From Lama guanicoe (lineage: Eukaryota): DNA of 64,000 nucleotides. Positions 1 through 11,882 of the stretch are shown piece after piece (positions within the stretch are counted from its first letter, which is position 1; every line of letters starts with the position of its first letter). The notes below the pieces were generated by a model that had not been told where the DNA came from, did not search any database, and saw only the letters and a program-made list of their open reading frames with translations. The translations under genes were made by a program, and so were the position numbers. The stretch is from the NCBI GenBank assembly GCA_013239625.1, contig MU054212.1, positions 7,879,412-7,943,411 of the forward strand, written 5' to 3'.

Positions 1-1036
1 ATAAACGAATGAACACACTTATATAACAACCATGACCCACGTGGTCAAGCAGATCAATTAAATTATTTATTTGAAACTGATTAAGCCTGAATCTAGTATA
101 ATTCCTCTAAAAAAAATTGCAGTTTCTGACAAGAGTCCAAGATTTACATAAAAATCCCACAGATGGATAAGATGTTATTACGGCTTATGCTTCTGAAGTG
201 CTTGAAACCCCTCTTATCAGCTCTGCTCTGTGCTCTGTGTGTTACTTAGGCTTTTTGTGTATTCTTATAATTACATTCATTCATAAAAGAAGCAAAGTAG
301 AGTAGATTTGGACCTGTTGATTGCTAAAAGTAAGATTCTTCCTCGCCTTCGCTTTTACAGCTCTCCGCATGGATTTACAGCTGGCGTTTTAAGCGATTAA
401 CTGTTGCATTTCCTGGGCCCACCCGTCATACTCTGGGCCGGTTCTGTGATACACAGGGAATATTCGAGTTGCATCCTGATTGTCCCCACGGTGAATACTG
501 TAGTCAACGCTTGATTCTCTCCAGTGTATTAAAGTCTGTTTGAATAACAGGACAAGGAAAAACCACTTAACCCTAAGGAATTTTAAAATGCCACTGAGGA
601 ATCCGTGCTGACAGACCAAACAGTTTTGAACCAGAGACCCGACGTACACGTCTTCAGATCTGTGGGCCCCTTCAGCCTGTTCGTACATTCCCAGGCTTGC
701 GAATGCTGTTTGAGCTTCATGCAAACTGTGTCAAAGGGTGTGAGGCCTTTCCTTGTCAGCCTTCAGAGGCCATGCCAGATAATCCGCTAAGGCCCACATT
801 CAAAGTATTCCCCTGAGAGCAAGTCTGGGCTGAGGGTAGGGGCTTCACCAAGGGACTGTGGACTTAGTGATGTGCTTGGGTGGCCTCAGTCATTGACCTG
901 GTCACTGTCCTCAATTCTCTCTTCTGTGACTGGACAGCAGTCTTCTAGCTGGATTGGTGATATTCTCACGTAGCTGATGTAACAGAGCTGTTGAGAATTG
1001 ACAGGGAGGAGATTTTCACTTAAGAAACGACTCTTT

Positions 1037-1506
1037 AGATCATTATTCTAAAGTGAAGTAAGCCAGAAAGAGAAAGAATGCCACATGATATCACTCATAT
1101 GTGGAATCTTAAAAAAAAAAAGATGAAATGGTGAATTTATTTCCAAAACAGAAATAGACAACACACAGACATTGAAAACAAACTTACGGTTACTAGGGGG
1201 AAAAGGGGTGGGAAGGGATAAATTGGGAATTTAAGATTTGCAAATATTAACTACCATATATAAAATAGATAAACAACTAGTTTCTTCTGTATAGCACAGG
1301 GAACTATATTCAATACCTTGACTACAAGGTATTGTAGCCTATAATGAGCCTATAATGAAAAAAATATGAAAACAAATATATGTATGTATACATATGACTG
1401 AAATATTACACTGTACATCAGAAATTAATACAACATTGCAAACTGACTATACTTCAGTAAAAATAGAATAAAAGTAACAAAGGTAAACCTAAAAAAACAA
1501 AAAAAG
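1037..1506 (+). mobile_element. 5'-truncated L1 (LINE-1) 3' end, camelid/cetartiodactyl type, with A-rich tail
   Basis: Typical L1 3' motifs: AAGTGAAGTAAGCCAGAAAGAGAAAG, CACTCATATGTGGAATCT, ATAGCACAGGGAACTATATTCAA, AACTGACTATACTTCA, followed by an A-rich tail. Confidence 0.9.
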
Positions 1507-1544
1507 ACTAGAAATGCTCCTCCTCGTTCTGGCTTACCTCACTT

Positions 1545-1660
1545 AGAAAATGAATAAATGTATGTATGTGTATGACTGAAACATTGTGCTGTACACCAGA
1601 CATTGACACAACATTGTAAACTGACTCTACTTCAATTTTTTCTTAATGGAAAAAAAAAAG
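1545..1660 (+). mobile_element. Second short L1 extreme 3' end with A tail
   Basis: TATGACTGAAACATTGTGCTGTACACCAGACATTGACACAACATTGTAAACTGACTCTACTTCAA repeats the end of the preceding L1 copy. Confidence 0.85.
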
Positions 1661-1774
1661 AAAGGAATTCTCCTATGCTCCCCTTTCTGTTTAGTTACTT
1701 CCCACTCCTCACCTGGTTAGTAATCCCTGAGCAGTTACCTGTCGTTGGGGACCTAGCTGTGTACCAGGTACAAT

Positions 1775-1875
1775 ACATTCATTCATTATCTAAGTTAATC
1801 CACCAGATGACTCTGAGGAAGCACTATTATTATCCTTATATTAAAGATAAGGAAAGAATTCTAGAGAAAATAAGG
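1775..1875 (-). mobile_element. MIR SINE fragment (degenerate)
   Basis: CTATTATTATCCTTATATTAAAGATAAGGAAA resembles the reverse-complement MIR core. Confidence 0.5.
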
Positions 1876-3051
1876 AATAGCTGTAACTCCATGCTCTTGG
1901 CCACTCTGTATTTCTGCATCTTGCCAGTGTATATTCAGAGCAGTACCATTAATACGAGCTGGAGCGGAGCTTAGTTGTGAAAGTTAATCTCTTGGGCACA
2001 TTCTGAAAACAAACCTCATATTCTGAACCCCAAATGCAGAGGAGTTTGGAACTGATCTTCCATGTAGGGTAATTTTCCACTACGTATGCATTTAGGAAGT
2101 CGACTGTAAAACTCCAAAAGAATTATCTATACATACATATGTATGTATGTATATATTTCTAATTAAGGAATTTTTTTACAAATATATGTAATTTTTTTTC
2201 AGAACCCTGTAGCATGCTGGCAACATATATTTTCTTATTCAGCCACGCAAAATTTGCTAGGCAGGCAAGTAAACTGCTGGGTTCGAGAAATGACCTTCCC
2301 ACACTACAGCCTCCCACCCCCAGCTTTCTCTGGGTCAGTTATAGGAAATTATTACCCCTCTTTCTCTTACACAGTTGGTGGTACTTTGGAGCAAGAGGAA
2401 GATGAGAATCCCCTGAGCATAACTCAGGTCATTCCCCACCTCCCCTCCTCTCCCCCACTCCATCATTTTCCTGCTTAAAGATGCTCAGAAGCCTACTTGC
2501 TTAACTACCACTGGTAAGGCAGCAGTGGTTAAAGGCATAGCTATGCGGGTAATTGTTTTTGAGTGTGTTTGCTATTAATAATTATTATTAAATGAGAAGG
2601 AAAAACTCTTAGATATGTGAGCAGATTGTTGTGCATTTTGCCAGTTCAGCTGTTGATTTTCTTATGTTTTCACCTTTTATCACAGAAATTGCATAGCTTT
2701 AATTTCTAAAAACACTCAAAGGGTCACTACTCTGGTTAAATTATGTTCTGTTTCCTGTAAGCACTTAGGTTTACAATTAATAAGTAATAATAGATAGATT
2801 TTTCTGGAAGTTAGATTGCCCGAATTCCTTTCTAAGAACTTGATACATTTGAGTACAATAAAACTCTTCTGTTAGAGTATGAATGAGTCAGTCTTTCCAG
2901 GAGTCTTATAATCTTGCCATGGAGTACACAGACTCTCTGGGGGGAAAAAAGTCAATATTCATATACACAAAGAAATTAAGTTGTCAGTTTCCCTTATTCT
3001 CCGGCTTGTCAGCTTTCACATTCTACCCTTAAATGAGCAGACAAGGGATGC

Positions 3052-3053
<2 letters not shown>

Positions 3054-3088
<35 letters not shown>

Positions 3089-3105
3089 ATGCTTATACAC
3101 ACACA
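3054..3105. repeat. (CA)n microsatellite, about 15 perfect units then degenerate
   Basis: Seen directly in the sequence. Confidence 0.95.
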
Positions 3106-5573
3106 GTAATGTTTAATTACTGGCTGTTTCTCTTGCTGCAGATGAAAGAATTAAGTTATGCAAATGGACCTTACGTTCTTGACCGTAATTCTGCGCTTTG
3201 AGGAATCCCATTGCAGCACGGTTTATATAGCGTTGTCACATTTTAACACAGTTTATAAGTTCCTTTTATAAAGCTAGAGTTATACGTTCCTTTAGTTTCT
3301 TTAATGAGACATAGCCCCACCATGATTTTATTTCTCATTTCAGTGTTATTAAACACTGAGCACAGACTGTCAACCCTAGAACAGGTGAGGCAAGCCGTTC
3401 ATTAAAGCAGCGCATCTCGGTGGCGCCGGTAAGAGCTGTGTACTTTGAGGTTTGTCTTCTGCACGTTGTCCTGCTAGGAATCGCATTCAGGAGAACGGAA
3501 GGGCTCTTCTTACCTTAAGTGTCTGAGAATCGTGTCATCTTTCAACGCCGATGGCGTGCAAAAAGGACTTGAGATGAGCTGTCAATCACCAATAACCCCT
3601 TTCTTCCTGAACTTCCGGGTCAGGGAGCAATCTGAAATTGCTTTTTATTCTCAGATTTGAAGTCTTCCAAGCCCTGTCAAGTTTCCCAAACCACGTTTCA
3701 CAGATGTCACAGCATTCAATGGTGTGGCTTTTTTTCTCATTAGTTTCTCAGAGTTTTGTCAACAACCCATAAAATCTTAGAATGTATAGGATTCCATATT
3801 TTTTATTATATTTTTTGGTAATAAAATCTAGAATAAAGAGAGGAAAATTCTATCTATTAGATGTTGGAATCTTTAACAGTGTAATGCAGTTATCTAAAAA
3901 TTTTGTGAAATTAAATCAGCCTGTTTTACATAGTCTTTGCATATTTGCAATCTTCTTCAACATCTCACAAATTCCAACCATTGGAATCAGATAATATAAG
4001 ATTGCTATTCTCCACATGCTGTAGGCTTCTCCTAGCATGCCTGAACTTCCCTTGCTTTTGTATGTTTTCCAAATATAGGTGCTTTTTTTTATATTGCTCA
4101 GAAACACTTGTCAAGAATTTAGATTGAAAAAATCAACTTGTCAAAAAGTTAAATGTGGTATAAATCAATTTCCTTTCCCTGTCCAAACTGAAAAGATTTT
4201 TTTAAATTACCCAAGAGAGTAATAAAAGTGTTTATCTAGTTTTGATCCCTTATGAAAATGCTCATATTGTACCACTTAATGTAACATTCAATTTTTTAAT
4301 AAAATAAGAAAGCATATGAAAATATGAAAATATATGAAAAATAATCGGAAACATTATTAAAGTGCACATCTTAATTTTTCTTTAAAACATTTCTGTAACT
4401 TTATATGAATACACTGCATTTCATATGTGTCTATTTAGAGAAGGAAGAATATAATAGAGATTTTAGGGAAGTGTCACAAGCCACTCTCCAACAGAAGTCC
4501 CCCTACCTCCAGAAACCTGTCCCAATTTCTGATTTTGAGGGACAAAATTAGGTTGCTTATTTGGGAAGGGGAGGTATTGCATAGCTGTAAGTGAAGAAAC
4601 ATTTGAGAAATGTCACCCTTTCTTCCTACTCTTTCTGGAGCCAAGAACACCACCACCCTTTTTATTGTGAGAACATACCATTGGACAATCGTTCAGACTA
4701 GCCTGGCCCCCATTAATGAACCCTCTGCTCAGCTCTTTGTTTTTCAGCTCTGCTCATAAAAAGTCAAGTCAATAGTTAAAATGGATGAATGAGAAATTTA
4801 AGGGTAAGGGGTGATGGCTCTGGAGCCCGAAATTGGCATCTATTTCACTCCAGGACTCCAAAGTCATCAAAGCAGGTGATGGCTAAGATGAGGGTGAAAG
4901 AAGCTGGGTGACATATCTCATCCATGGACTGAAACTAAACAGGATGGAGCAGCAAGGGACAGGAGAAACCTCTCAACACTAGCCGGAATTTAGGGGGATA
5001 ATTTAGTAGCAGTGAGAAGTCAAACTTAAAACACACACACACAAAGCCACATTCAGGCAGATCTAGAAAGTAGGATTTTTCATGGGTGGATTCAAATAGC
5101 CAAATGACTGTCTAGATTTTGCTTTCATCAAAATCCTTATGAAGTCAAAGTTTTAGCCCAATGTGTTATGATAACGGTTTCAACCACCACAGTCAAATCA
5201 TTCTTGAGAGCATCCATGTCTAAATCAGACTGAAGACTTCAGGGAGCTACCCCAGGTCCTTTCTACAGAGCTCATTTTGTTTTTCTATGAGAGTGGTTGG
5301 TAAGGGGGAAAAGCATTTTCAGCATCTTTGGCAGTCCCCTTTCAATTTAGTGAAGTGGCTAGAAGTAAATTAACTTTGACACCTGCCCTTTCATCCCTGG
5401 ACCTACAGTTGAGGCCGATTGGCAATTTAAGATAGGATGTCTTCCAGCGCTGTGGCTCATATTATACCCATTCTCTGGTGTAGATCTCCAAATCGGCACC
5501 TAGAATGGAATTCTGAAGCCTGTGATTTTGAAATGGCTCACTACTCTAGCTTCCTTCCTGTACTCTTCTAAAG

Positions 5574-5890
5574 CAGCATTGCCCAATTGAAATATAATAT
5601 GAATCACATAAGGAATTTTAAATTGTCTAATTGCCGCCATAAAAAAGTTAAAGGAAACAGGTGGAATTCATGGAAATATATTCCACTTCATCCAATATAT
5701 CAGAAATGTTATTTCAGCATGTGATCAATATAAAAAGTTATCAAAGAGATATTTTCATTATCTTCTTTTTCCCTGAATTTTTGGAATCCAGTGTGTTTTT
5801 CCACTTACAGCACATCTCAGTTTGGACTAGGCACATTTGAACTGCCCAAGAGCCACACGTGGCCAGCGGCTATTGGACTGGACAGCCCGG
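5574..5890. mobile_element. MER33-like hAT-Charlie non-autonomous DNA transposon, near full length
   Basis: Ends CAGCATTGCCCAAT ... ACTGGACAGCCCGG and internal CACTTACAGCACATCTCAGTTTGGACTAGGCACATTT match the recalled MER33 consensus; length about 320 bp. Confidence 0.85.
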
Positions 5891-6094
5891 GTGTAAAACA
5901 CAGCTCCCTCTTCCCACAGCAATATCCCATTTGAAATGCCTCGCTTCTGACATCTCAGCTCTCACTCCGAATATGTTTTTCTCGACAGACGGAATCCATA
6001 TGTATAAATATTGTAATCCGGGTTCCGATACAGACAGACACACATGAATGCATCCGTGAGCTTTAATGACCTGTCCGGATTTCTTTCTCAATAA

Positions 6095-6260
6095 ACGTGA
6101 AAAATAAAACATCGCCCTCCTCCCGAGCTCTCTGAAGGCGCGTGTGTGCCGGTTGCCGGGCACGTTCATGGGTCACCGTGTTTGGTGCTGACTCATCGTC
6201 CCCGCCGCGCCGCCGCCCCGGGGACAGTTTGACAGCCGGCCAGCGACGCCGCCTCCAGCT
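6095..6260. promoter_or_regulatory. Small CpG-rich cluster with a perfect NF-E2/NRF2/BACH (ARE/MARE) motif TGCTGACTCAT at 6186-6196
   Basis: Roughly 20 CpGs in about 170 bp within a CpG-depleted window; GC-box-like CCCCGCCGCGCCGCC; the motif is seen directly. Regulatory function is inferred. Confidence 0.5.
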
Positions 6261-7289
6261 TCTGAAAAGCTGACTTTGTAGCAACATCCACATTCTTTCG
6301 GTTGGTTTTGCTGACATGCTCTGAACTCAAACACTGTTTTTAAAACAAAAGTAAAATGGAGCCGTGAGCTTCCAAAAGCCATTGTATTTCAGTTCGTTAA
6401 ATTATCTGAGTGTACAGTCACAGAGGGCAGAACAGCAGGGAAGTGAATACACAGGGGGAACCGTCCTTGGAAGCTGACATTTGAGCTGCAGGCATGTAAC
6501 ACTTGGGGACAGTGTTCTCAGACAACACGGGAGCCCGAGTTAAACAAGGCTGTCACAGGATCCATGTTTCAACTTTCTCAGCATCCTTTATTAGCTCTAT
6601 ATTATTAACCTGTTTGAAATTTTGTTTAATCTTTTCAAAATTACCAAATTTATCTCCTTCCCCGCCCTAACAGTGCTCTTCCTCGAGTTTAGCTTCTAAA
6701 CCAAAGGATGGGATGTCCTCCGTTAATTCATAAATGCTAAGCTGCCATCGGATTCTTAAGACAGGGATCAAATGAGCCAGTGGATAAGACGATTCTTCAC
6801 ACTACGCTCATCTGTACGTGTAAAACACAGTGTGTACCTTGCAGCCAGCGGCGTGGACTGCTGACCCTGCCTTCAGCTAGAGCACAGCTTCTCAGAGTCT
6901 TCTCTTTTCCTGGTGGCTCGCTCTAGAACTCATGCATTCAAGTCTCAGGTCTCTACGTGAACTGATTTCCCTGCTCCTTCTTCCTGTTGCTTATTATCCC
7001 AGAGTCTAATCTGAACTAACAGTAATATCACCATGTGGTTCACATCTCACACAGAAGAGCCAGAGTCTGCTTTACTGATTTTAGTGAGTTTCCAGTATGT
7101 GGAAGGACTTCATGAAATAAATGGGATGGGTATTCAGCTAGTTGTTTTGGCACGTTGCAACCACTAGAGGGAGATCGAGGCTCCTCTCTGTCCTCTGTTC
7201 CCACCCTGTGGTGACAGATGAGTCAGGTGCACAGTACATTGATCCAAGAGATGGACGGGAAATGAAATCATATCTTTGGAGAAATCTCA

Positions 7290-7560
7290 GATTTGGTAGC
7301 CTGCAAACCTCGCCAGCATGTTTTGTTTGATCTGTTTATAAATGTGAAGATTTCTTGTAAAAAATCTGGATTTCCGCCCTGAACATGAAAACACAGCCAT
7401 CCTGGGTCCACGCCTGTATGTGGCTCAGCTGGAGGGCACTGCTCTCTTTAACAGGGCACACAGTCTTCATTTCAGTTCCATCGCTACCCCCGTGCTATTA
7501 TTTTTCCAACATGGAGACCAGATATCATGGGCCCCTTATAATCAAGCTTGCAGCATTGTG
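7290..7560. mobile_element. MER102-like hAT-Charlie fragment
   Basis: AAAATCTGGATTTCCG ... CTGGGTCCAC ... GCTCTCTTTAACAGGGCACACAGTCTTCATTTCAGTTCCATCGCTACCCC resembles the recalled MER102 consensus. Confidence 0.5.
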
Positions 7561-8464
7561 AAGAGCTATTTGGTTTTGGATTTTTCTTTTGTACTCAGGT
7601 CAGTCTCAAAAGCAATAAAAAGAAAAACAGACGAAGTGAACCTCTTACACTTACAAGGAAAATAAGACAGAGCATAGGTCTTTGAGGCAGTAAAAAATAT
7701 TCATAGGGGGACAATGTGCTGGCAGAGTGTACCTGGGTCTCCTTGCCGTACCCCCACCTATATCCCCACTGACATCAGTTAGATGGGTCTACGCGGTTAG
7801 AATTTTCCACCACACAGTCTTCCAAATTCCTGTTGGTGAGAGTGCAACACATACATACGCGTGTGTGTGCACACACACACCTCACTCTTTCTTGGGGCAA
7901 ATACCTCGTTCCCTCTGTTTTCCTTAGAGACCATTTCCTTGAATTCATTTTTTTCCACCAAGTGGTGAAATCTGGAGGACTGAAATTAGGGCAGGAATAA
8001 ACGTTCTGGGAAAGACATTGCTCAAGTGTTTCTTCCAGGCCTTAGCAACCGGGGCCCCCGTGACTCCTTGAAATCTGGCTTTCTGATCAGAGTGTAACCC
8101 ACTGGTCGTATCTGCTTCCCTCACGGGACTGTGACAGGCAGCAGACAGGGGCTGAGAGATCACGGTCCCCATCAAAATACCATCTATCATTTGTCATCAG
8201 TAGCTCTAACCACCCAGAGATCTCTCTCGTGACTGACTACACAGAGATTTGCAAAATCAGCATCCTAAGGGCAAACGTTCAATCTCTATGCTCAATATAG
8301 TAGGAAAAAAACATATATATATCTGCTTGTAGCTTGTACTCACAGAGGAAATCTAGAGCTAAATTTAGACGGGTGCAGCATAAACAAATCCCAGCAAACA
8401 CAGCTGATCCTCTGACTTACTCACATCCCTGCTGCTTGGTCTCAAAAAGAAGTGATGATATAAA

Positions 8465-8650
8465 TATTAGTAATCATAGTTAATGTGTGTTGAGTTTACC
8501 GTGTGTCAGGCTAAGTGACTGACTTTAATCCTTGGAACAACTCTGTAAGGTGAGCTCTGTTATTATTCCTATTTTTGAGGTGTGGAAAAAATGCAGCTTG
8601 GGGAGGGTAAGTAACTTGCTCAATATTACACAGAGGTGAAGTCAGAAATG
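8465..8650 (-). mobile_element. MIR SINE
   Basis: TTTAATCCTTGGAACAACTCTGTAAGGTGAG...TTATTATTCCTATTTTT...GGTAAGTAACTTGCTCAA matches reverse-complement MIR. Confidence 0.8.
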
Positions 8651-8723
8651 AGGTGAAGTTTACCAGTGGCTCGGTCCAAGTGTCTTCACTCTACCGTCTT
8701 ACTATATCCCCTTCCTTTTAGGA

Positions 8724-8960
8724 CAGTGGTTCTCAGAGTAAAGTCCCCAAGACACTCTCCCAGGGTCCTTGAGGCCAAAACTATTTCAGTCATAACTCTA
8801 ACAGATTATTAGCCATTTTGACTGCGTGGACATTTGCAGCGATAACGAAAAAGTAATGGTGGATGAAGTTGCTGTAATCTTATTACAAATCAAGGCAGCG
8901 ATACCAAACTGTACCGTAGTAATCGTATTCTTCACTGCTGTGCACTTACAGTGAAAAACA
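8724..8960. mobile_element. Charlie1/Charlie1a hAT transposon terminal fragment
   Basis: Starts with TIR CAGTGGTTCTCA, then GAGGCCAAAACTATTT ... GACATTTGCA ... AATCAAGGCAGCGATACCAAACTGTAC ... TATTCTTCAC, as in the recalled Charlie1a consensus. Confidence 0.8.
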
Positions 8961-9529
8961 AGGCAGGCATCAACAACAGCAAAAATCTTACTCAGTCTTA
9001 AAACTTCGATGCGCATCTTTAATTAGCCAGTTTGAGCAAATAATCTCAGAGCCGTGAAAGAGGAATTGTGTATGCTGAATATGTGTGGATCACTAATACT
9101 AGAAGAATACAAAGAATGAAAATAAGTCGAAATAAAATTACATATAGTTTATAATCCCTCAATTTCATTAAAGATTACATGTGTGTATACATATATATGT
9201 ATATATAATTGGAAGTGAATGTACAAGATCTTAATAGGGATTGCCTCTGGGTAGTGGAATGTGGATGATTTTAGTTTTCTTTGCAATTGATTGTATTTTC
9301 TACATTTCGTAAAGTAGAAAGTTCCTTGGATTGTAAAAAAAAAATCCAAGTTTCCAGCCATCTCTTGATTCATTTTTTATTAAACTTGCTTACGCATATG
9401 TACTAACATATAGCTAATTATTTTTACACTTATTATTTTAAAAAAGAAAAAATGATGGACACTCAAGGGAGTTCTCCACAACTGAGTTCCTCTGTGCAGG
9501 GCACTGCCCAGGTGCAGTGCAAATCATTA

Positions 9530-10050
9530 AACATGCGGGGGCAGCTGGGAAGGGGGGAGGTTCTTTTAAAATGCAACTGCCATCTGGGTTAGCACCTGCC
9601 CAGCCTTACAGTGAGAGGCAGCAGATAGAAACACAAAGGCAATCCCTCGGGAAAACGTGCCGGGCAGGGAACAGAGCTGAGAAGTCCTTTATGAACCCCC
9701 TTCTTCCTTCTCAGCCACTTTAAAACATTTGACTGAAAACCCCTCTGAACTGATGTTGACAAGCAAAAAATGTTTGCCAGTTCCTGAATGTCAGCGGGCC
9801 TCTGGCTTTATGCTATAAAAAATTCTACATTCACGGCAAACTGTAGATGTCTGTTTCCTTCTGACAGCTGTTTTGTCCAGATATTGTTGTCCTCTCTCTT
9901 TATCTTACTTTAACCTGAGTGACGAAGGATGACTTTTTTATCCTCGTCTATTGGTGAAATATCAAAAGGGAAACTGAATACCCTGCTACTGGCTTCCTCT
10001 TGCTCTAATGTTCCCTGGCGGTCTGGCTCCGTGTCACAGGGGAGGTAAGT
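9530..10050 (+). promoter_or_regulatory. Candidate TATA promoter/alternative first exon: E-box cluster, TATAAAA at 9814-9820, donor GAG|GTAAGT at 10044/10045
   Basis: Motifs seen directly in repeat-free sequence; ATG at 9929 stays open up to the donor. No expression evidence. Confidence 0.35.
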
Positions 10051-10271
10051 AGGTGACTGAGCGGTGAGGCAGGTAGTGACTACCTTCCCTCTGCAGGCAC
10101 CTAGATGTTTCGTATTGGGAAGTACAGTCCATGTTTCTGCAACCACCTGCTCTAATGTGATGGGCAAGAATTACAGATGCACGCTGCTCCCTCTGAGATT
10201 AGATTCATTTCCCTGATTATTTGGCCAAAGACTTCAAAACTTCACAGAAATCAGTGGCTGCATAGCAAGAA

Positions 10272-10650
10272 GCAGAGAAAGACAAATGTCATATGGTATC
10301 ACTTATCTGTGGAACCTACAAAAAAAATACAAGTGAACTTATCTATAAAACCAGAAATAGACTCATAGACGTAGAAAACAAACTATAGTTACCAAAGGGG
10401 AAAGGGGTTGGGGGGGAAGGATAAATTAGGAGTTTGAGGTTAACATATACACACTACTATATATAAAATAAACAACAAGGACCTGCTGTAGAGCACAGAG
10501 AACTATATTCAATATCTTGTAATAACCTATAATGGAAAAGAATCTGAAAAAGAATGTATACATATGTATAACTGAATCACTTTGCTGTACACCTGAAACT
10601 AACACAACATTGTAAATCAACTATACTGCAATTAAAAATTTTTTTTTAAA
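10272..10650 (+). mobile_element. 5'-truncated L1 3' end (cetartiodactyl type)
   Basis: AGAGAAAGACAAAT..CATATGGTATCACTTATCTGTGGAA, CTGAATCACTTTGCTGTACACCTGAAACTAACACAACATTGTAAATCAACTATAC. Confidence 0.92.
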
Positions 10651-11621
10651 GTTTAAACAGTTAATAGCGAAAAAGGAAACGGTTTAAGAAATTTGCATCA
10701 GTAATTCAATGAGCAATTTGTAAAGGGTGCCCCTCTTCCTACAGATGAAAACGTAGACATAGAAACACATATAAATATATAAGCCACATTTATGCATCAG
10801 TTTCATTCATTTTGTTCCTAGTTATTCACTCGAAAAGGACTGCTTAAATCCTGAAGTCGTGACACTAAATTTTAACTTCAAGTCACACATTAGTCAGACT
10901 AGAATTTGGTAGCTGACACAGACTTTAAATAAGAATTTTAAGAGAGAAAGGTATCATTGGCTCTTTGCAATCAGTGTTCATGTAAGAATTTTCCTTTGCA
11001 AGCGTCCACTGGGCTGCAGGGAGAGTAGAGGGCAGGATTGATGCCTTTAATTCAGAGGTGGCCACCCTCAGGCTCAAGAGTAGAGAGAATTGTGAATAAT
11101 CAGTTCTGAGTATTGTCAAGAGGTCACAGGGGACAGAAGCCGAGAGGGGTAGGGATGGAGGTGCCTGCTAGACAGCTGTTTCTGATCACTGCCTGTGGGA
11201 TGCAGGCTGAGATGGGGGCCACTTGCTGGTAGGGGACAAACAGCAAGAACAACTGGCTCATAATCAGGACGTCAGTGCCCCTCTTATTGCAGTTATAGGT
11301 CCCGGTTAAGGTGCGCATCCTGAGCTTCCCTGTGGGTGCTTTCACCCAGTGCCTCTGTCTGAGCATTTCTCTCATCTGCCTCCTAGTCCACTGGGGGCTG
11401 GGATGGCCCAGGTCAAAAACGGAAGTGCAAAACATCCTTCCCAAAATTTTCAGGCAAGGGAGCATCAACCAGCAGAACGATCCTAAGAGATGCCCAGGCC
11501 AGCCAATACCAAGGGTTTTCTTGAGTGACTTTACATTACCAGGTGTAGCTAGAGGTACACATTTATCTAAGTGTGCAAACTTTATTTTAAATATATATAT
11601 ATATATTATGAGAGAGAGAGA

Positions 11622-11882
11622 AAGAAAACAAACTATGGTTACCAAAGGGGAAGGGGCAGGGAGGAATAAATTAGGAGTTTGGAATTAGCAGGTACACATT
11701 ACTATACATAAAATAAATAAACAACAAGGACCTGCTGTATACACAGGGAACTATATTCAACTTCTTGTAATAATATATAACGGCAAATAACCTGAGAAAT
11801 ATATAGGTGTAACTGAATCACTTTGCTGTACACCTGACACTAACATTGTAAATCAACTACACTTCAATCAAAAATAAAATTA
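11622..11882 (+). mobile_element. 5'-truncated L1 3' end (same family as 10272-10650)
   Basis: AAAACAAACTATGGTTACCAAAGGGGAAG ... ACTGAATCACTTTGCTGTACACCTGA ... A-rich tail. Confidence 0.92.

Noticed and set aside
3142..3384. Possible + strand exon (acceptors at 3141 or 3343, donor CAG|GTGAGG) with an octamer at 3158
   Set aside because: The ATG frame closes after 19 codons, and signals of this strength occur often by chance.
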